DNA of 64,000 nucleotides from Gammaproteobacteria bacterium (lineage in GTDB: Bacteria; Pseudomonadota; Gammaproteobacteria; Steroidobacterales; Rariloculaceae): NCBI GenBank assembly GCA_035644475.1, contig DASQOL010000004.1, forward strand, positions 1,288-65,287, given 5' to 3'. The notes beneath the pieces are model-generated. The model saw only the letters and a list, made by a program, of their open reading frames with translations, made no database searches and was not told the origin of the DNA. Numbering within the stretch: the first letter of the stretch is position 1; each line of letters opens with the position of its first letter. The translations under genes were made by a program, and so were the position numbers. Shown here piece after piece: positions 62,122 to 64,000 of this stretch.

Positions 62122-63473
62122 AGGCCGTCGCGCGCCTGATGCTCGTCTACTTCACCGGCACCGTATGGACGCGAGCCGTGAGCGCGCTCGGCCTCACCGC
62201 CCTCATCGTCGGCGCCGGCATACTCGCCTACCTGCCGCCGCTTGTGGCGCAACAGGGCGGTCGCGCCCAGTTCTCGCTCGCCGTGGAAACGGTGCTCAGC
62301 GTGCTGCCCGTCGCCGGCATCGTCGCGCTGATGTTGGGGGGCTCGCTGATGCCGACGATGGTGTCGCGGCTTGCGGCAGGCCACTACTCCCACGTCTTGC
62401 CGCACGCGCGCGGCAAGCTGCTCGCAAGCGCGTTCGGCACCGCAGCGCTCGTCGCACTGGTGGCGAGCGCGGCGCTGCGGATCTCCCTGCCCGTGCCGAT
62501 CCTATCGTTCGAACGGTTGCTCGCCGGCTCGATGCTCACGTACTCGTCGGTGTACCTCGCGCTCTGGATCGCGAGCCGTTTGCGCAGCTCGTTGGCGCTC
62601 ATCGCGGGCAGCGTGATGGTCCTCGCTGCGCTGGTACTGCCGTTGCGGTCCATGGGTTTGATGGTTCCGCTGCGCTGGGCGGTAATACCTTGCGCGATCC
62701 TTTGGGCCGTCGTCGCCGTGGCGCTGCTCTTCGCGCCGCGCATTCGCCGCGCCGCCGTCGGCTTGCGCGCCCGGATGCGGCGCGGCACCTCGGGCGCGTT
62801 CGCAGGCATCTACGACGGCGGCGACGAGGTCGAGCTCATGCTCGGCACGGCGCGGCCCTGGCTCCTCGCGCTCGGGCAAGTAGTGCCGATCGTGCTCGCC
62901 GCGTATCTCCTTGCCTGGCTGTTCGGCGACGTCGCGATCGACCGCAAGCTCAAGCTCTGGCTTGGCTATCTCACGCTGCTCACGATGCTGTCGGCGGGCG
63001 CCGCGTGCTTCGCCCCGGCGCGCAGCCGCGCGCTGTGGCTGCGCGCGCACTGGACTCGGGAGCAGCTCTTCGCGCGTGTAGAAGCCGCGTACTGGAGGCG
63101 CAATAGCTATGTGCTCGGGGTGCTGCTCGTGACGATGGTGCTTCTCGGCACGTACTTCGGCCTCCCCACGCGGCCGCTCGCGTTCGGCCTCGTGGGGCTC
63201 GTGCTCACCGCCACCGTGAGCACGTACTTGGGCCTCATGATCACTCGCTCGATCGGCTGGGCCGTCACGACGATCGCGCTCGGCAGCATCTTGCTGATGC
63301 TCGCGACGGCGCTGTATGCCACCGACACCGGCACTACGGCGGTCAAGGTCGTCGCGCTGGAAGCGGCGCTCGCCACGCTCGCGGTCGCGCTGCGCTGGTT
63401 CGCGAAACGCCGCTGGCTCGGCCTCGACTGGATGCTGTCGCGGCCAGAAGCCGCGACTCGCACGGCGGCGTAG
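62118..63473 (+). CDS. Large polytopic membrane protein (putative permease partner of the ABC ATPase)
   Basis: The GTG start overlaps the ATPase stop (GTGA). About 10-12 hydrophobic helices. I recognise no permease signature. Confidence 0.6.
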   Translation: MKAVARLMLVYFTGTVWTRAVSALGLTALIVGAGILAYLPPLVAQQGGRAQFSLAVETVLSVLPVAGIVALMLGGSLMPTMVSRLAAGHYSHVLPHARGKLLASAFGTAALVALVASAALRISLPVPILSFERLLAGSMLTYSSVYLALWIASRLRSSLALIAGSVMVLAALVLPLRSMGLMVPLRWAVIPCAILWAVVAVALLFAPRIRRAAVGLRARMRRGTSGAFAGIYDGGDEVELMLGTARPWLLALGQVVPIVLAAYLLAWLFGDVAIDRKLKLWLGYLTLLTMLSAGAACFAPARSRALWLRAHWTREQLFARVEAAYWRRNSYVLGVLLVTMVLLGTYFGLPTRPLAFGLVGLVLTATVSTYLGLMITRSIGWAVTTIALGSILLMLATALYATDTGTTAVKVVALEAALATLAVALRWFAKRRWLGLDWMLSRPEAATRTAA

Positions 63474-63476
63474 CGC

Positions 63477-63896
63477 ATGAGGACGCAAGTGCATCCTGGC
63501 GTGTTTCTCGCAAGCGCCGTGGCCGTGAGCGCCGCGTGGCTGTGGCTGCGCCCCGCGGCGGAGACGGCGGCGCCGGCCGTGTCCTCGTCGACGGCCGCCC
63601 GAGTGCGCCCGGCCGACACGCGGCCGAGCATGCAGGTCGATGCGTCGGTGCTGAAGCGCTACGCCGGCCGTTACGAAGTGGACGCATTCGCCGTGACGGT
63701 CAGCGTCGACGGCCAGCGGCTGATCGTGCGAGGTGACGATCTCGCGCTCCCGCTCGGCCTACGCGCCGCGTCCGAGACCAAGTTCTTCTTCGAGGACTCC
63801 CCCGGCGAGATCACCTTCGAGGCCGGCGACCCGGCGAAAGGATTCATCGCGAACTTAGCCGACGGCAGCCACCGCGCCAAGCGCGTCGGCGACTGA
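63477..63896 (+). CDS. Hypothetical membrane-anchored/exported protein (DUF3471-like C-terminal domain?)
   Basis: N-terminal hydrophobic segment. The C-terminal pattern LKRYAGRYEV...VTVSVDGQRLIV......L.LRAASETKFFFEDSPGEITFE resembles the small beta domain often appended to beta-lactamase-like proteins. Recalled from memory only. Confidence 0.45.
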   Translation: MRTQVHPGVFLASAVAVSAAWLWLRPAAETAAPAVSSSTAARVRPADTRPSMQVDASVLKRYAGRYEVDAFAVTVSVDGQRLIVRGDDLALPLGLRAASETKFFFEDSPGEITFEAGDPAKGFIANLADGSHRAKRVGD

Positions 63897-64000
63897 GCGG
63901 TCGGTTCTGAGGGCGGGCAGCACTCGGACGCGCCGCGGCGAGACTTCTTCAGGCGGTCGCGCTGGCCCTTTACGTCCGACGCGCTTAGAGTCAGCGCGAA

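Overview
The window is 64 kb of very GC-rich, densely coding chromosome; G+C looks like the high 60s % by eye and was not computed. It comes from a Gram-negative-type bacterium, as shown by Kdo/LPS genes, a TonB-dependent receptor and many lipoproteins. PadR plus tandem ADOP-type duplicated permeases and several Uma2 endonuclease paralogs hint at Acidobacteriota or a neighbouring GC-rich phylum, but this is a low-confidence inference. I support about 65 protein genes. I found no rRNA, tRNA, CRISPR array, transposase, integrase or phage structural genes. Most long overlapping ORFs in the six-frame track are high-GC shadow frames or 5' over-extensions.

Gene content in order:
- Orphan MacB/FtsX permeases.
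- An SdpR/SdpI-like pair.
- A MarR operon with two unknown exported proteins.
- An S1/P1 nuclease.
- Tandem M48 peptidases.
- A Kdo operon: waaA, kdsA, aldolase-CBS fusion, kdsC-like, waaA.
- A degenerate-GGDEF/EAL protein.
- A low-GC methyltransferase islet.
- A frameshifted dsbA.
- GST, GNAT and macro-domain housekeeping genes.
- An OmpR/histidine-kinase pair.
- A PspA / polytopic membrane protein / vWA operon.
- PadR plus two ADOP permeases.
- A TonB receptor/PepSY locus facing two exported unknown proteins.
- A PilZ/HDOD/HEAT cluster.
- A GntR-ABC operon.

Most notable non-standard signals:
1. A hairpin repeat family with conserved AT-rich 27-nt arms and variable GC-rich cores at five loci. 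It sits exactly on gene ends and sometimes contains the stop codons.
2. An FSA/TalC-type aldolase fused to a CBS pair, in the slot where a Kdo operon normally has the SIS-CBS arabinose-5-phosphate isomerase. It is flanked by two Kdo-transferase paralogs.
3. Several other structured non-coding repeats: a 124-bp nested-hairpin repeat in two copies, a 3 x 51-bp tandem hairpin array with a compensatory change, a 193-bp MITE-like element with 19-bp terminal inverted repeats plus a solo terminus, and three copies of an 11-bp perfect palindrome.
4. The PspA-membrane-vWA module.
5. The TonB/PepSY locus with an internally duplicated exported protein and a small exported protein whose predicted mature N-terminus is His-His.

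All family assignments come from reading motifs by eye. No database search was run.
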